Positions 13,738 to 27,078 of a stretch of DNA of 64,000 nt are shown here, piece after piece. A program made the position numbers and the translations under genes. The notes beneath the pieces were generated by a model, which saw nothing but the letters and a program-made list of their open reading frames with translations, made no database searches and had not been told where the DNA came from. Source of the stretch: Botryllus schlosseri (taxonomy: Eukaryota); NCBI GenBank assembly GCA_051294905.1, contig CM119372.1, positions 13,766,001 through 13,830,000 on the forward strand, written 5' to 3'. Position 1 is the stretch's first letter; every line of letters begins with the position of its first letter.

Positions 13738-14179
13738 TTATTGCCGCTGGTAACCGAAGAGTTTGATGAATGTTTTTGAGACTTCACTAATCAACAAGTG
13801 TCCCCGTTTTGAGATCGAGATATCGTGAGGCCGCCAGAGCGAGTCTGACTTCGACAAAATCCGTCCGCAGCAATGCCCTTCCGAGTCAAACTTGACGATT
13901 CCGTGATTCCCAACATCGCACACGAATACACTGTCGTTCGCGTCAACGGCGACGCCTCCCGGATACGTGAAGGAAGCTTTTGGTCCGCCGGGGGGAATGA
14001 GCTTGCCTTTGGGTGCTCCGCGCTCGTCTAACCACCAAACAACGTTCTTCAGATGGTCCGGTACCAGTATATCACCTCTGCTGTTCGAGCAGATGCGAAG
14101 TGAATCGTCTTTTACTGGATTCATGAAACTGTTGATGCCTTCGCCGTTTTTTGACATCATGGTTATTCTCATTCGCCGC
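13738..14179 (-). CDS. NHL-repeat protein (TRIM2/3-like beta-propeller), terminal exon 4
   Basis: Acceptor TGCATTTAG at 14181-14180, phase 2 matching exon 3. Encodes FTYPGGVAVDANDSVFVCDVGNHGIVKFDSEG and LWRPHDISISKRGHLLISE (NHL repeats). Stop at 13740-13738. Confidence 0.9.
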
Positions 14180-16159
14180 CTAAATGCAGTACAATTACAA
14201 AGTCCGCTATAACAGGTGAGAAAGGATCGTTGCATAATTGACATTATAATCAATAAAAGTCCAAGTGTGAATACTGCGCGCGTCATTGGCTTTGGGATAA
14301 AAAATCAAACTAAAATACAAACAATGAATATGTGACTGAATAAAGTCGAAAACGCTATGCCGCGAAGACCAGAGAATTCTATAGGGTGTGTCAGTCCCGA
14401 CGTACTGGAACTATATACAGAGCTAGTATCGTTAGTAGATTCGACTGTGTCGTTATGTACTTCTATTTGAATTGGAGTTGCTGTGTGGCATTCACTACTT
14501 CTATCTACGGGTCATAGCAGCATTTTTACTGTAACTTAGGGTTACCATATTTTGGAATCCGGAAGGGAGGACACTTTTTAAAAAACATAAAAGTTACTTT
14601 ACCGAAATTCAAAACAACTGATTTTTAACTATTTTCTGGAAATCTTGTTATGCTGACTAAAAATAATATCATCACTTTGATTCGACTCCCGGATGACCCG
14701 CTCGAACGTCCGCATTACCTTTTTCGCGTTATTTATGCCGATTTTCGGTTAACTCTGTCCACTAGCCAGCTGTAAGGGCTGTAAAGGAGGACGAATTGCC
14801 AGAAAGGAAGAGATTTAGGCGTCCTCGAAGTATATTTTTAATTTCCTGAAAATGGAGGTAACCCTACTTTCACGTATACAAGTGTAGTGGTACAACTAGG
14901 GTTGCATACAAAACAAAAATAAATTTAAAACAATCAAGTTTAAAACAAGGTACTTGTTAGCAGTTAGTATGTCTTTATTGTTGTTTATTTTAAGCATTAC
15001 GCCACGAACTATTCCCGTATCCTATACGTCGGCTATATCGGGTACAAATCGTCCGTATAGGCTCATACTACATGATTTCTGTAAGTATTTACACAATTTA
15101 TGGCATATACAAGTTTTGAAAAATAAATCAATTCTTTTTAAAGGGAACTCTTTAAAACGGTGTTTAAAAACACCATTCGTTTTAAATTCAACCATAGGTA
15201 TACAGCTGCAACACCCGCCATGTTGTAGACTCTAGAATTCAGAATCACGTATTCACCGCTATGCGTGTGGAGAATAGATGTCCCAGACTTTGAAACTAGG
15301 TATAGTTAGTTGGACCTTGCATTAATTTCGCCACTCTGATATAATCAGGCTGGATATTCGAGTGAATCGAAAGAATTTCGGCACTCACCGCACATGGATT
15401 AGGGTTACCATATACGTCCTCATTTAAGAGGATTTTTCCTCTTTGTTGAAAGTGTCCTCGGAGGACGCCTATATGTCCTCTTTTTTGAGAATTTTGGTTA
15501 AATGTAGGTGGAAATTGGATTGAGATATAGGCCAATTAACGGTCAGACGTGCTTTTCGGGACTTGAGCGAGGTAAATGACCATTTTTAGTTAACCAGCGG
15601 AAAACCTGATAGAAATGGGTATTTTAGGAGTTGAGCCGGAAAGTTCACCTTTTGATTTAGTCAAGCAACCACAAAGTCAGGGAAAATTTGCCATTCTTTC
15701 CGGATTTTACTCCAGTATTGTAAGTCTGAAAAAAGTGTCCCCTTTTCACATTTCCGAAATATGGTAGCCCTAACATTGATGAAATACACCACAATGTTGA
15801 AATCCAAGGGTGTATCTTGTGTTTTTATGAATTGTTAGTGACAGTAGCCATGTATTTAGTATATTACAGGAAGCCATAACAACGCTTCCGATATATACTG
15901 AGTCATCTATACCTGTAATACGCGTTGTATCTAGCGGAAAGGATACAGACAGAGTGAGTGAGTTGTTGTTTAGTATTCATGGTGTGTCGACATATGATCA
16001 TTTATCACTACATGCACGCCACTCATCGTGATATGATACCTGAGCTACCGACTAATGACAATGCCCGCTTTCGTTCTATTATGTAAAACACCGCTTATAC
16101 TGATCGTATGGCAACGAGGAGTGAACATCAAGCTTCAGCATTTAGGAAGGGATTCTGGA

Positions 16160-16235
16160 GTCATACTCGATCGGACTCGAACCCGCAACACATTCGTGCT
16201 ACAGCGGTGGTACGTATTACACTACACCAGACCTG
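16160..16235 (-). mobile_element. tRNA-derived SINE head or tRNA pseudogene
   Basis: On the minus strand, an A-box-like TGGTGTAGTGTA followed ~35 nt later by a perfect B-box GGTTCGAGTCC (16183-16173). No convincing full cloverleaf. Confidence 0.55.
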
Positions 16236-16865
16236 GGCAGTGGGCACTTTACGTCCCGCAGGCCGAACGCAGGCCGTGACGTAATTCTGACCGACCAACG
16301 AAATGTCGCTTATAATAAAGAACACAAACCCTACTTTGAAAATTAACGCGTGGACTAAAACAATAAGCTGTATAAACTGACCCGGAAATAGTTTATTTTG
16401 AAGCCTGTTTATGTATGCACCGTGATTACGTAGCCTACGTATTTCGCATGCGCAATCCAGTTTCAAAATAAAGGAAAAGTAACTAAGTCTGCTGTAACAA
16501 TTAAAATCATAAGTCCCGTAGTCTCCATCAAGTATAGTTCAAAACTTATCTGTTGTAATTGTTGTAATATGTAATAATTGTACAATTCTGCACTATACGC
16601 TATATAGTCGCCAAATCTACATTCTACATAGTACAGAGGTAGAATCAACATCAGGCATATATTACCATGAAGCAGGCAGTGGCGAATGATGCCGACTCCC
16701 CTAATTTTCGACATAGAGATCGTGATGTCATCTATGTTCACGATGTCACAATGAATCGATGACGTCACGTTATTGTTAAAAATCAATTAATTCCCAGGAT
16801 TTATCCTGGCTACGCCTTAAGGAAGCAATTTCACGACAATTAGGTTATCAAGAACGTGCCTATAC

Positions 16866-17090
16866 CTGTCCACAACAGTAATGCGATCCATGGGGTCGAC
16901 AGTCATAGCGAGGGATTGCCCTATGAGTCCCGGTCCGAAGTTGTGCACGAGTTGGCCGTCGGGCGTGAAAATGCCGATCTTCGAAGTGCCGTCGTAGCCA
17001 ACGCAATTCACACAGACGTTACCGCCGCGCAACACAGCGATTCCACGAGCGCAGTAATCGTATTGCGGCATCGTTGTAGTAAACGAATGC
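16866..17090 (-). CDS. NHL-repeat protein, exon 3
   Basis: Acceptor CCTGTTTCAG and donor AG|GTATAG. Encodes HSFTTTMPQYDYCARGIAVLRGGNVCV...IGIFTPDGQLVHNFG...AMTVDPMDRITVVDR. Phases 2/2 fit both neighbours. Confidence 0.88.
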
Positions 17091-17651
17091 CTGAAACAGG
17101 GAATAATTGTGATCAGGAGTTGCCTGGTGTCAGTGATGCGTTTCTTGATGAGGACAGACTATTTATTGTGTAAAATCCGGTCAGCGTCAGGAACGTAGCC
17201 TGTACGAGATTTATGAGAATCTCACAATCGATTGCTGATGTACCGAAACAAAGTGACATCGCAGCGAGCAAAAATGTACTTTGAGAAGAGTAAGGACTCC
17301 TTTTGCCCCTATGGCTACGTCACTAATCGGTGCCTGTGTTGTGCAATGTGCACGTGCAAGTTGATCATGGATACTTCTATGGTCTGGAATGACCCGAATT
17401 AAAATCTTCACTTTTTGGCGAAGCCGGTCCACATGATTTGTACATATAAGCTTTCGTACAATCTTGAAGTATCATGTACGATCACGATCACACAATCCGA
17501 CACAGAATCTGCTTGGGCTCGTATTTTAATTACTTATGGGCTCACTTGGAACTAGTATATTTCGCCCATGCCTCAGCAGGATTTTTATATCACTATTTCC
17601 AATATATTTGCGTATTACCATCATATTATTGACCTGACCTATATGTGGATG

Positions 17652-18991
17652 CAAGGCCGTAATAGCACTTCGTCAGGCCCCCCCCCAAAACGTTGGTCTT
17701 GGGCCCCCATATGGTGATATACCTAACTTATGGGCAGCTTCGCCCCCCAGACCCCCCTCACGCTGTTTACCGCTACTTATCTGCTATTTGGGGTGTCCGT
17801 TGAGTGACTCACATTTACTCACCTGAACGCGCGATGCGCAAGAGATTTCTCTACTTCATGACTGAATCGGTCAATATGATCGGGAATTGCATTTATATTT
17901 CTATCAGTTTTTATCCCCTCTCTGCTCACATAATCTGATCTACCGGTAGAGCTGAGTGAGATGTGTTTGAAAAGGTAGGACCCTTCCATGATAATGAAAC
18001 ATCTCCGGGTGTATACCCGTTGGCAGGAATGAAACAGCACTTCGTCAGCCCCCCCAAAAAAACTTAAGTCTTGGGCTCCCATGGGTGATAGACTGACCCC
18101 CCATCACGTTGGTCGCTTTTGCCACGACATTGAAGTTGTACTGTTTAGTGAGCCAGCGCGATGCGCGAATATTTCGATCATTCATGATTAGATCGGTGAA
18201 TAAGATCGGGAATTCCATGGTATCAATTTCCTGTCCTCTGTGCTCACGTAATCAGATTTGCTGGTAGAGCTGAGTGAGAGGTGTCTTTGAAACTGTAGGT
18301 GTAGAGCCCATAAATAATAATTGAACATCTTCCAAGGGCGAACCCGTTGGTATGACTTCGTTACATAATGTTATTTCGTGATCTCCTGTCTGCTATATCA
18401 AAAAATATAGAATTGCCCAAACCTACTAAACTGAAAGATCACACGATTTCAGATTGGTATTTCTTCACTGGCATATATTTTTTCCCTGCGGGATGGTATT
18501 TGTCTTGTGAGGCTCAGATTGCCAGGACAGGAACATTCGGCGCCAGTCATTTAGGCGCCTATGGACAATTAAACCTATATGTATTTTGTATATATAACGA
18601 AGTTTTCGGTATTTCGAAGTTTTTGGTCAGCATAAGGGCAGTCCTTTACGGCCAAGGTTTTCTCGCTGTCGATCGTTCTGGCACACTTCTTGGAGTCGCA
18701 TGTTACATGGCCTAAGACTTTATATGTCTTGGTGCGTTGTGACGCGGTAAAGGTCAAACGCCGCGATATGCCCATTTCTATAGATCTTGTGTATTTTTTC
18801 TTGACGGAAGAGTACGCAATAATCAAGGTATGTGGGGAATTGAAATCGCGCGTAGCGCGAACATTTTTTAAAAAGTTGCATAAATTTTCAAAAAATACTC
18901 TATAATTTATGCTAATTCACGAAATAATTTTGGGCCCCCTTCGATCTCGCCCCCCCAATTGGGGGTTTGGGGTGCGGCAGTTACGGCCATG
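17652..18991. mobile_element. hAT-type non-autonomous element in NHL intron 2
   Basis: TIR CAAGGCCGTAAT / GTTACGGCCATG with TSD TGTGGATG. Contains an internal ~370-bp tandem duplication. Related pieces lie at ~31620-31767 and, inverted, at ~52660-53515. Confidence 0.8.
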
Positions 18992-19398
18992 TGTGGATGC
19001 AGACTTCCGATGTGATGTACTATATGCATATGGTTGCCCCGCCGTCGGTGTTTCAAAGATTTGCCCTCATTTGTAAAGGTGATTTTCGACTTCTGTCTTT
19101 ATAGAACTTGTCTTGGATCACTTGCCGTGATTATGACCGTTTTTCTTAGACACGGCTAGGCTATATTAAACATTGTTGGCTGTCACTGGTTTTTGGTCCA
19201 TGTTGATGGCAGTCGTGTCCATAGCAAATGCCGCAACTCCGAATATTTACGCTACCGCACTCTTGATATCACGTTACGCTGAAATGGCAGGCTACTACCA
19301 ACCCAAAAAGCCACGTTACTAAATAAAGTTAGGTGTAACCTATAGACGGAGCATATAATGACACTATTGATACGGGCCACAACTCGCATCATATAGAC

Positions 19399-20582
19399 CA
19401 GGGGTCGCCAACTCAAAATAGGTCGCGGGCCACTTTTCCAAATTCCTGGAGGCCGCGGGCCGCATGACATCAATATCGATATAAAAGTAGGCAACGCAGT
19501 TCAACAACCACGTCTGATAACTCTACGTTATTACAACGCTGTGCTTTCTAACATAGGCGACGGTTATAGTCACCACAAAAGAACTAATATTTTATTGAAC
19601 AAACACAAATACAACAAAAAGTATCATGATCATCAATGTCATTATATTTTGGACTATGAGCTGTACACGATACCTGACAATGACAACACTCTTTAGCCGC
19701 TAAAACAGGGGTGGCCAACATTTTTGTAATTCACGGCCGCATTTCGCGTACTCATGTAGCCTGCGGCCGCATACCGGTGGTTAGTCGTGATAAACTAGCT
19801 GGGGCCAAATACCCACGTTATCATGTCCATGTCCATTGCCGGTACACTCCGAACTAATCTATATGCACATATCGGCTTACTATGCGCACCAAATCTTTAG
19901 TAGTTATGTTGTAAAGAGCCACAGAGAACCAATCTGTAGTCGCGCGAAGCGCGAAAAATTTTTCATGTTCATGAGTGAATTTCGTCAATAAATATTAGTA
20001 TAGTTTCACATATTACTATAAAATATTTATCCTTTCTCGGCCAATGTGATCAGATTCCCAGATACAGCTGATGCAGGGGGTATCTGTGAAAACTTAGGGT
20101 TGTTATTACAAGTGTCGACAGCCGCATAATTTTCCTTCTACTGCTGCAGATTGGCCACCCATGGATTGAAGAATCAATATTGGGGTTAGCTATACACGGT
20201 AGGCCTACTTGCTAGACAACTATCTCCTCGTAAAGCATGGTCTTTTGGAGCGCCCGAAGTCGTTTTGCAGGCGTCCCGGTCTTGGCAGTAGTGGGCCATT
20301 GCACGTCAAGGCAATATGCCCATTCGTACCAGCAAATTCTTCATCCATGGAATGATATTACCATGCCGAAGCCGTATCAACTAGTGAGTAATAGTGATAG
20401 TGGGCACATAGAATGGCTCACTTTGAAAAACAACAACATTATGTTTCAACTGAAATCAATTTTAGCGTTTCAACATGATTTACTAAGCGTTTTTCTGAAT
20501 TTTTTTCAAATCAGGTCGCGGGCCGCAAAATAGGACCTCGCGGGCCGCATGCGGCCCGCGGGCCGCGTGTTGGAGACCCCTG
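19399..20582. mobile_element. hAT (Charlie-like) non-autonomous element
   Basis: TIR CAGGGGTCGCCAAC / GTTGGAGACCCCTG with TSD ATATAGAC. A second MITE-like unit lies inside at ~19706-20163. Confidence 0.85.
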
Positions 20583-20651
20583 ATATAGACCTTCGTTTCA
20601 CGCAAATGTGTTAATAGAAATGCCCGATACAAAATTCAAAATTCCACTAAC

Positions 20652-20794
20652 TTGCATTTTCTATCCGGAAGTGATATAATCTGGATTCGTTTATTGAAAG
20701 AGTCGCATGCGTATAAAGTTCGACCATCCTCGCTTACGCAAAAGTATTGAACCCATCCTCCAAATTGACCAGGTCCTCTACCACTCGATCCGAT
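20652..20794 (-). CDS. NHL-repeat protein, exon 2 (not in the ORF track frame)
   Basis: Acceptor CTATCTTTGTTTCCAG and donor AA|GTTAGT. Encodes IGSSGRGPGQFGGWVQYFCVSEDGRTLYACDSFNKRIQIISLPDRKC, the classic first NHL blade (G-x-x-G-x-G-x-G-Q-F; D-x-x-N-x-R-I-Q). Confidence 0.88.
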
Positions 20795-21844
20795 CTGGAA
20801 ACAAAGATAGACACATGGACAGTGAACGCTATCAGTGACTCTTCGGTGTTGTAGTTGAGGTTTTGGCGAAGCGGGAGGTACTCCATGTGTGATTGACAGA
20901 GGGAGTATTTCGTAAATTGATAGTTCTGTAGTAGAATTACAAGGCCTATGACAGGGGTGGGCAATTATTTACCCGAGAAATCAAATCACTAGCAGAAAAT
21001 ATGTTGGTCGGGAGGTCCAAACGTTAAACTGTATTATATGGCGCATTAATTTCATTTCTAAATTGAAAGCGTTAAATTAAATCGCTAAAACAAACTACTA
21101 AGTTGGTGTGTTAATATTAGGTAATGAGAACGGAGGATTATTATTTATCAACGAGAATTATAGTTTGGATACTAATTTTAACCGATGAAGCCATACGGAA
21201 CCTTGATGGCGGTATCGCAGCATACGAAACATATGGTACAAAGCTACGAAGGTTACTGGATGCAGCACACTTCCGAAGTCATGATCATCCCACAACATTG
21301 CCACCAAGTGGAATGAAATCGGTATGGTCGAAAAAAAAAACAAAGTATCGTATATGAGATGGATAACTGGCATTATATTGTTTGTGGTGGCATAAACGGT
21401 ACATATTTGAACTTTGACTTATTACATTCTGTTATGACGTCATAATGAGTGATACTCGACCCGAAGCGTATTACGTGATTCAGAATCGAATCGCTCAGGC
21501 ACTCGATTTTGCTCAGCCCTTGTTTAACATAGCCTTGCTGTTTTACTAGCGTCGCCAGCAGGTCTGATAATCGCGGTCACTCAGCCTGATTCGAGTGTCT
21601 TTATTTTACCGGGTGTTTTCCCTCATTGTCGACTCAAATTATAATCCTTAAATCCGGCGAACTGCTAACCTTTCTTTTTTCACATGATTTCTAAATTAGG
21701 TATTTCATTGAATAGTGTATTCGTATTGAAATTAACCCGAATATTTTCGGCTGTCAGGGGTAATCGCCAGCAACTAGTGGAGAATTGAAAAAAAATGTCG
21801 ATGTACGATGTTCTTTTCCAATTCTCTACTACAGTGGTTTTCAA

Positions 21845-24800
21845 CAGTGGCGGCTCGTCCTATAGGGCAACTGGGGCATTGCCCCACCTAAAATTCTGTT
21901 CAATAACAATTTAACCATTTATAGACGCACAGCAATCAATATATACCGAGATCACAGCGAAACCCGCGTTCTTCTTGTGCTTTCGCTTGCAAACGCCCAT
22001 ACATAGCGAAGTCTCTGCGAAAATCGAATTCTCTTCTGTGTTTTCGCTTTGTGAATGCCTAGCCGGGGCTTGCCCCGGTAGCGCTCATAACAAGCTTTCA
22101 CTATCTATTCTCTCAAAGCCACGCACAATAAAGAAACGGTGATTTACTCTCTCCTATTCGTAAAATGGCCGAGCAACCGGGGCAAATATGCCTACTCGCC
22201 CCTAAGGTGTGATGTAACAATCGTATCTATATCTGAACTCGGTTACCGTAATATGCGTTGAGTCGACCTTTGCTGGTATAGGTCGATTTTGACGGTGTTT
22301 CGCACCATGATAATTCTTGAAACTTGGTATGATATGTCGTGAAGGTAGTATTTAACACTGCTCCAAGTTTTAGGCTTGCTACTTGAAGATAATGGTAGTA
22401 ATTCCGTTTCCGAAGTTCAGTGTGTGCTGATCTATCATGTACATAGTACAGCAAACGGATTTTACTCAAAAGCCGGTATTGGTCTCCATTGATTTTGACG
22501 ATGTTCTATACCAGAGGTCTCAAACACGCGGCCCGCGGGCCGCATGCGGCCCGCCAGAGCATTTATGTGCGGCCCGCGACGACATTTTAGATTTTTATTA
22601 TTTCTACAATATATAAGTGTCACATATATCTTTTCAGGTTATAAAGTGAAAATTCCCTCTTAAATTGCTCCGAAAGCCTGAAACTATTCATCAAACTTCA
22701 CTATCAAATCAAATGCAAACGCTACCATGCAATGGAAGATTCACTATTTCGTCACATTTCCAATTCATGATGACAAACCTGACCCTTAGACGATTCGTGA
22801 CTGAAATTTGTGATTTGGACTCGGACGCGAGCTTTCGATCTTAGAATTGCTCAGACACGGGCTAACTCGATGGCGAAATGAAAATGACTCGAGTGGACTC
22901 GAAGTGACTCGGAATGCCGTGTATTTGTTAGAAACATGGACGCAAGACAACTATATTCGCGTATCAGGGGAACAGTAATAGATCAGAAGGTCGCAGCTTG
23001 GTATTTCGCTATCTAAGCAAGTAGTTATGGCAACCATTGGCAATCTGTTAGTTATACATGTTTGGTCGCTAAACCATGTTATTATATAAGGTCTCTTAAA
23101 GGTAGTGGTACGCTCCAATGATGTAACAACAATGGGCCGTTCGGCGTTCCGACATTTCAATCACTAGGACACATTCATTAATATATTTATATTATTTGAA
23201 GATATTTGGCCATGAGATTAATAAATAGCCTAGGCCTACTTATCAGAAGTATACCCGAATCCTGGATTGGAATTACAATGCTCAACCTAAAAATGTTTTG
23301 ATATCAGATCAGTCTCTATTATCAATCTGTTAAATTCAAAATATTCATAGTAGCTGCAAAATTATAACCCGATAGCTTTTATGATGGCATCATACATTTG
23401 TCCACCCATACGGTGTCTATATCTTACAATTAATATATATATCACGTACAACAACAATTCTATTCAAATAGGTATAAATGTGCTGATTCTTTTCGTGCCA
23501 GGCCTAAATTGATACAAGATTAAATCACATTTTGACGATGTGTGTTTACTGCCAGTCTGCTGAATCGGCTCACTTTCAATAGGACAATTCATTCCCACCA
23601 AATAACGCCTACTTGGAAAGGCATAAAATACCCCTATAAATGCTGCGGCCCGCGGCGTCGTCAAAACTGGAAAACTGGCCCGCAAGCACCTTTGAGTTTG
23701 AGACCTCTGTTCTATACCGAGATCGGTCATGACATTTGGCACGGTAAGTGTTAGTATCGACCGATGTAACAAGTTTTAAGTTTGTCACTGAACTATGTGG
23801 GTGGTAATTTCGTTTCCAAAGTCGAGTAAGAGCTGACTCTTCATTTATCGCCAACAAATTTACGCAAAAGCCGTTATTGGTCTATATTGATTTTAACGAT
23901 GTTCCATACCTAGATCTGTCATGAGCTTTCACACGGTATGTCTTGATTTTAGTATCGAACGCGGTGCCAAGTCTAAAAGTTGACACTCAATGATTGAGGC
24001 AGTTATTTCGTTTTCGAGGTCGAGTATGGTAGAGATGCGCGCTGATCTGATACTTAGCCTACCTACGTCATTGCGGATCTCACGCAAAAGCCGGTGTCGG
24101 TCTGTGCTAATCTATAGTCTGCGTTCCATAACGAGATCGGTGATGATATTTCCAATGGTATATCTCGATGATCGCATGAAACAGCTAACCAAGATTCTCG
24201 GTTTGCATTCAAGTATTCGCATAATTTTATGTTCGCCAATGTCCATTTCACTGTGAAATTGTGGCCTTCAAACCATTTGCTTACAATCCCCTGTCAATTG
24301 CGATAGCTATTTCATTTTCGATGTCGGCTAACAGCTGATCATTCGATCAGCCTATTCCTCGATGTATTTTACTCAAAGTTCGGTGTTCGTCTGTTTGCAT
24401 TGATTTTGACAGTGTACCATACCGGAATGGGTTATGAGATTACGTATGCTACTTCTCGATGATTTCTTGTAACAGTATACTAAGTTACGGCTTTTATTCA
24501 TGTATTTATATATTAATATATTTTCCAACGGCGATTTCGCAGCAGACTTATAGACAGTGAGCCGTATGTGTTGTGTCACAGTCTCCAGTTTCAAGGCCAA
24601 AATGTCCTACGTTGTTCCAAGACCGAAGTTCCGAGGCTGCTGTCCTTAGTTCTTCAAAGACCATTCAAATTGATGTTCTGGATTCAATATGACAGGCCCA
24701 ATCTATGAGATAACAATTGCGTATGTGTCCGAACTCGTTGACCTTTCCAGTTAGGCTTACGCAATCTCTCGAGTTCTAGTCATTGGAATTAGTCAGGTCA

Positions 24801-25420
24801 AGTCAAGTGCGAACATGAATCGTATTGAATCTTTATTCCGTACGTAGTTTACGCAGTTGCCTTTAGAGCGAAAATGAGAGGTCTAGAAGTTGTCCAGTCT
24901 ATTGATCCAATCGTACGCCGGGTGCCTCCGCTTTGGTTGCCTATTATCACCTGGTCGTAACCAGAGATGGCCACAGTCCGGTTCAGGAGCAGGAGCAGGA
25001 TTTCAATGTTTTTTTTACCTGGCCGGACTGGATCCGGATTTCGAATTTGGGGTGACGGTCGGATTTTAGGGTCTATCGATTTGCGTAATCTATAACTCTA
25101 CCATGAAATCAAAACGCATGCTACTAAGGATGACCTGATACTTGATTCGTGGCATAGGGACGATTCTTAGTTCACGTACATTTTGTAAAATAATCCTTTG
25201 ATTAAAAATAAATGAATAAAACATTTGTTACCACACTTCAAGTCACGGCTCACCGGCAAACCTCTCGCGGCACCTACGTTAAAATCACTGTTGTCGGGAA
25301 ATTCATGTGACCATCATAAAGTTACTTTTTTACGTTGGAAAACGCCATTGTGACGTCATGTTGATAAAAGTCGCTCGCAGCCCTTGCCCCACCACCCGAT
25401 ATTGTCACGAGCCGCCACTG
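21845..25420. mobile_element. hAT-type composite non-autonomous element
   Basis: TIR CAGTGGCGGCTCGT / ACGAGCCGCCACTG. TSD GTTTTCAA at 21837-21844 and 25421-25428. Confidence 0.88.
22512..23709. mobile_element. hAT (Charlie-like) element nested in 21845-25420
   Basis: TIR CAGAGGTCTCAAAC / GTTTGAGACCTCTG with TSD TTCTATAC. Confidence 0.9.
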
Positions 25421-26907
25421 GTTTTCAACCTGGGGTCCACTGACCCCTAGGGGTGCGTGAATCAATTTCAGGGGGTCCGCGAAACGTCCAAATTTGCAAA
25501 ATAGTTGTTAACCTAATTTGTATTTTTTTAATCAGAGACATCTTCAAGCAGTTTCGCTTCATATAACTGCTAAAACTTCAGGACTCACATAAGGAGAATG
25601 GCCGTTTGTGAGGGCTTATTTAACTGTGCAAACTCATTTTAATCGACAAATTGCCAATAGCCTACCGATACAAACATATTGCTGTTTAGAGGTGTCTTGT
25701 TGGGGTTAGGAATAAAAAATAATAAAAAATGAAAACATTTTCTCCAGTGATATACGTAACCGCTATTCCAGAATAACTTCAAGATGAACTGCTGAATAGA
25801 AATGACCAGTTTGGGCGTTATATTGGTGCCATATATGTGGCGATCATACCAAAAGGTTTCGTCGGAAGCCTTACGAGTTAATATTACTTTCGCTACCACC
25901 TATCTTTACTGGATTTTCGGCACTCGTTCATGTCAAATCGACGGTGCAAATTTTCAAGACACGGCCATGTATTTCAAGAAATGCATCTACAAAATTCGCT
26001 TCAAAATAAAAAAAAAAGACTTCCCAATTTTCATGTAAATAGTATGATGTTATTTTCGAGAAATGTGATATTGTTGCTGTTTATCACTAGCCTACAGTTA
26101 ATATTTGCACATGACAGATGACGGTTGCACGATCATAGAGCTAGAATTGAACTAAAACGTTGGGGGTCCGCGAAGACAAAAAGCTTGAGAACCACTGCCA
26201 TACTAGATGCTGACGATTAGGCTACCCCTGGCGAGTGTTCACTGTTTACAGTGTTCAGGTTCATTTCAATATGAATATACTACTCAATTGTATATTGAAC
26301 TACTTTTCCTCCAAGAAGCTCTTCAAGTTAGGTAATTCGTTTTGTTATGCAATGGAACATAAATGGTTTGTACTTATATGGAACAGTAATTGTTACGGCA
26401 TATATACTTTGCTACATTGGCTTTATTTCGAATCTGAAATACGTATACGACGTATGTTAGGCTACTTAATCGCGGCACATAATAAACAGGCTCCAAAGTG
26501 AACGCATTTTTCGTTCAGTTTATAGAGATAGGCGGACTATCGTTTAGTCCACGGACAGCGTTAAAAAGTAGGTTTCATAATCTATATTCCAAACAAGTTG
26601 ACGCGCTCAGAATCGTATCGCTGGATTCGCGGGCCGCACAATGCCCAGGTATGATCTATTCTATGGTCATACGATTTACATTAGTCTGACCTGAACCCGT
26701 CAATATCTATGGAAAGTCACGCGTTTTATGTATGTTGACCAGATATTATAGCACAGATGTATTGCATATTCAGCATTCATAGCAGGTATTAATTATATAT
26801 CCTGCACAGTGCATACCATACGACTTGCTACTTTCAAAAGCCATATAACCTCTCTATATTGCGTCTACAATTTGTATTAATGTACATTGTACAAGTAGGC
26901 TACATAC

Positions 26908-27078
26908 CTCGTATTTGTAATCCACTAGCCCCTGAATTGGAATTTCGAATTGCTGCTTCCGCCCGATCTGTTCGTATGGATCCTCTTCTTCCACCTCAAG
27001 ACCTACCGACATGAGATGACTGGGAGGAGGCGGAAGAATATCATCGCAATTCGGGTTGTCATGAATTCCGTAATTCAT
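26908..27078 (-). CDS. NHL-repeat protein, probable first coding exon
   Basis: ATG at 27078 follows an in-frame stop. Donor GAG|GTATGT is phase 0 and matches the exon 2 acceptor. The join reads ...GLVDYKYE|IGSSGRGPGQF. The four exons total 981 nt, giving 326 aa plus stop. Confidence 0.65.

Larger units (their letters stand above)
21832..26197. mobile_element. hAT-type MITE whose left TIR is interrupted by a 3.6-kb element
   Basis: CAGTGGTTTTCAA[insertion]CCTGGGGTCC...GGGGTCCGCG...TTGAGAACCACTG. The flanks CTCTACTA and CCATACTA look like a decayed TSD. Confidence 0.7.

Noticed and set aside
14180..14286. Hydrophobic signal-peptide-like start of ORF 13738-14286
   Set aside because: It lies upstream of the splice acceptor at 14181-14180 and is intronic.
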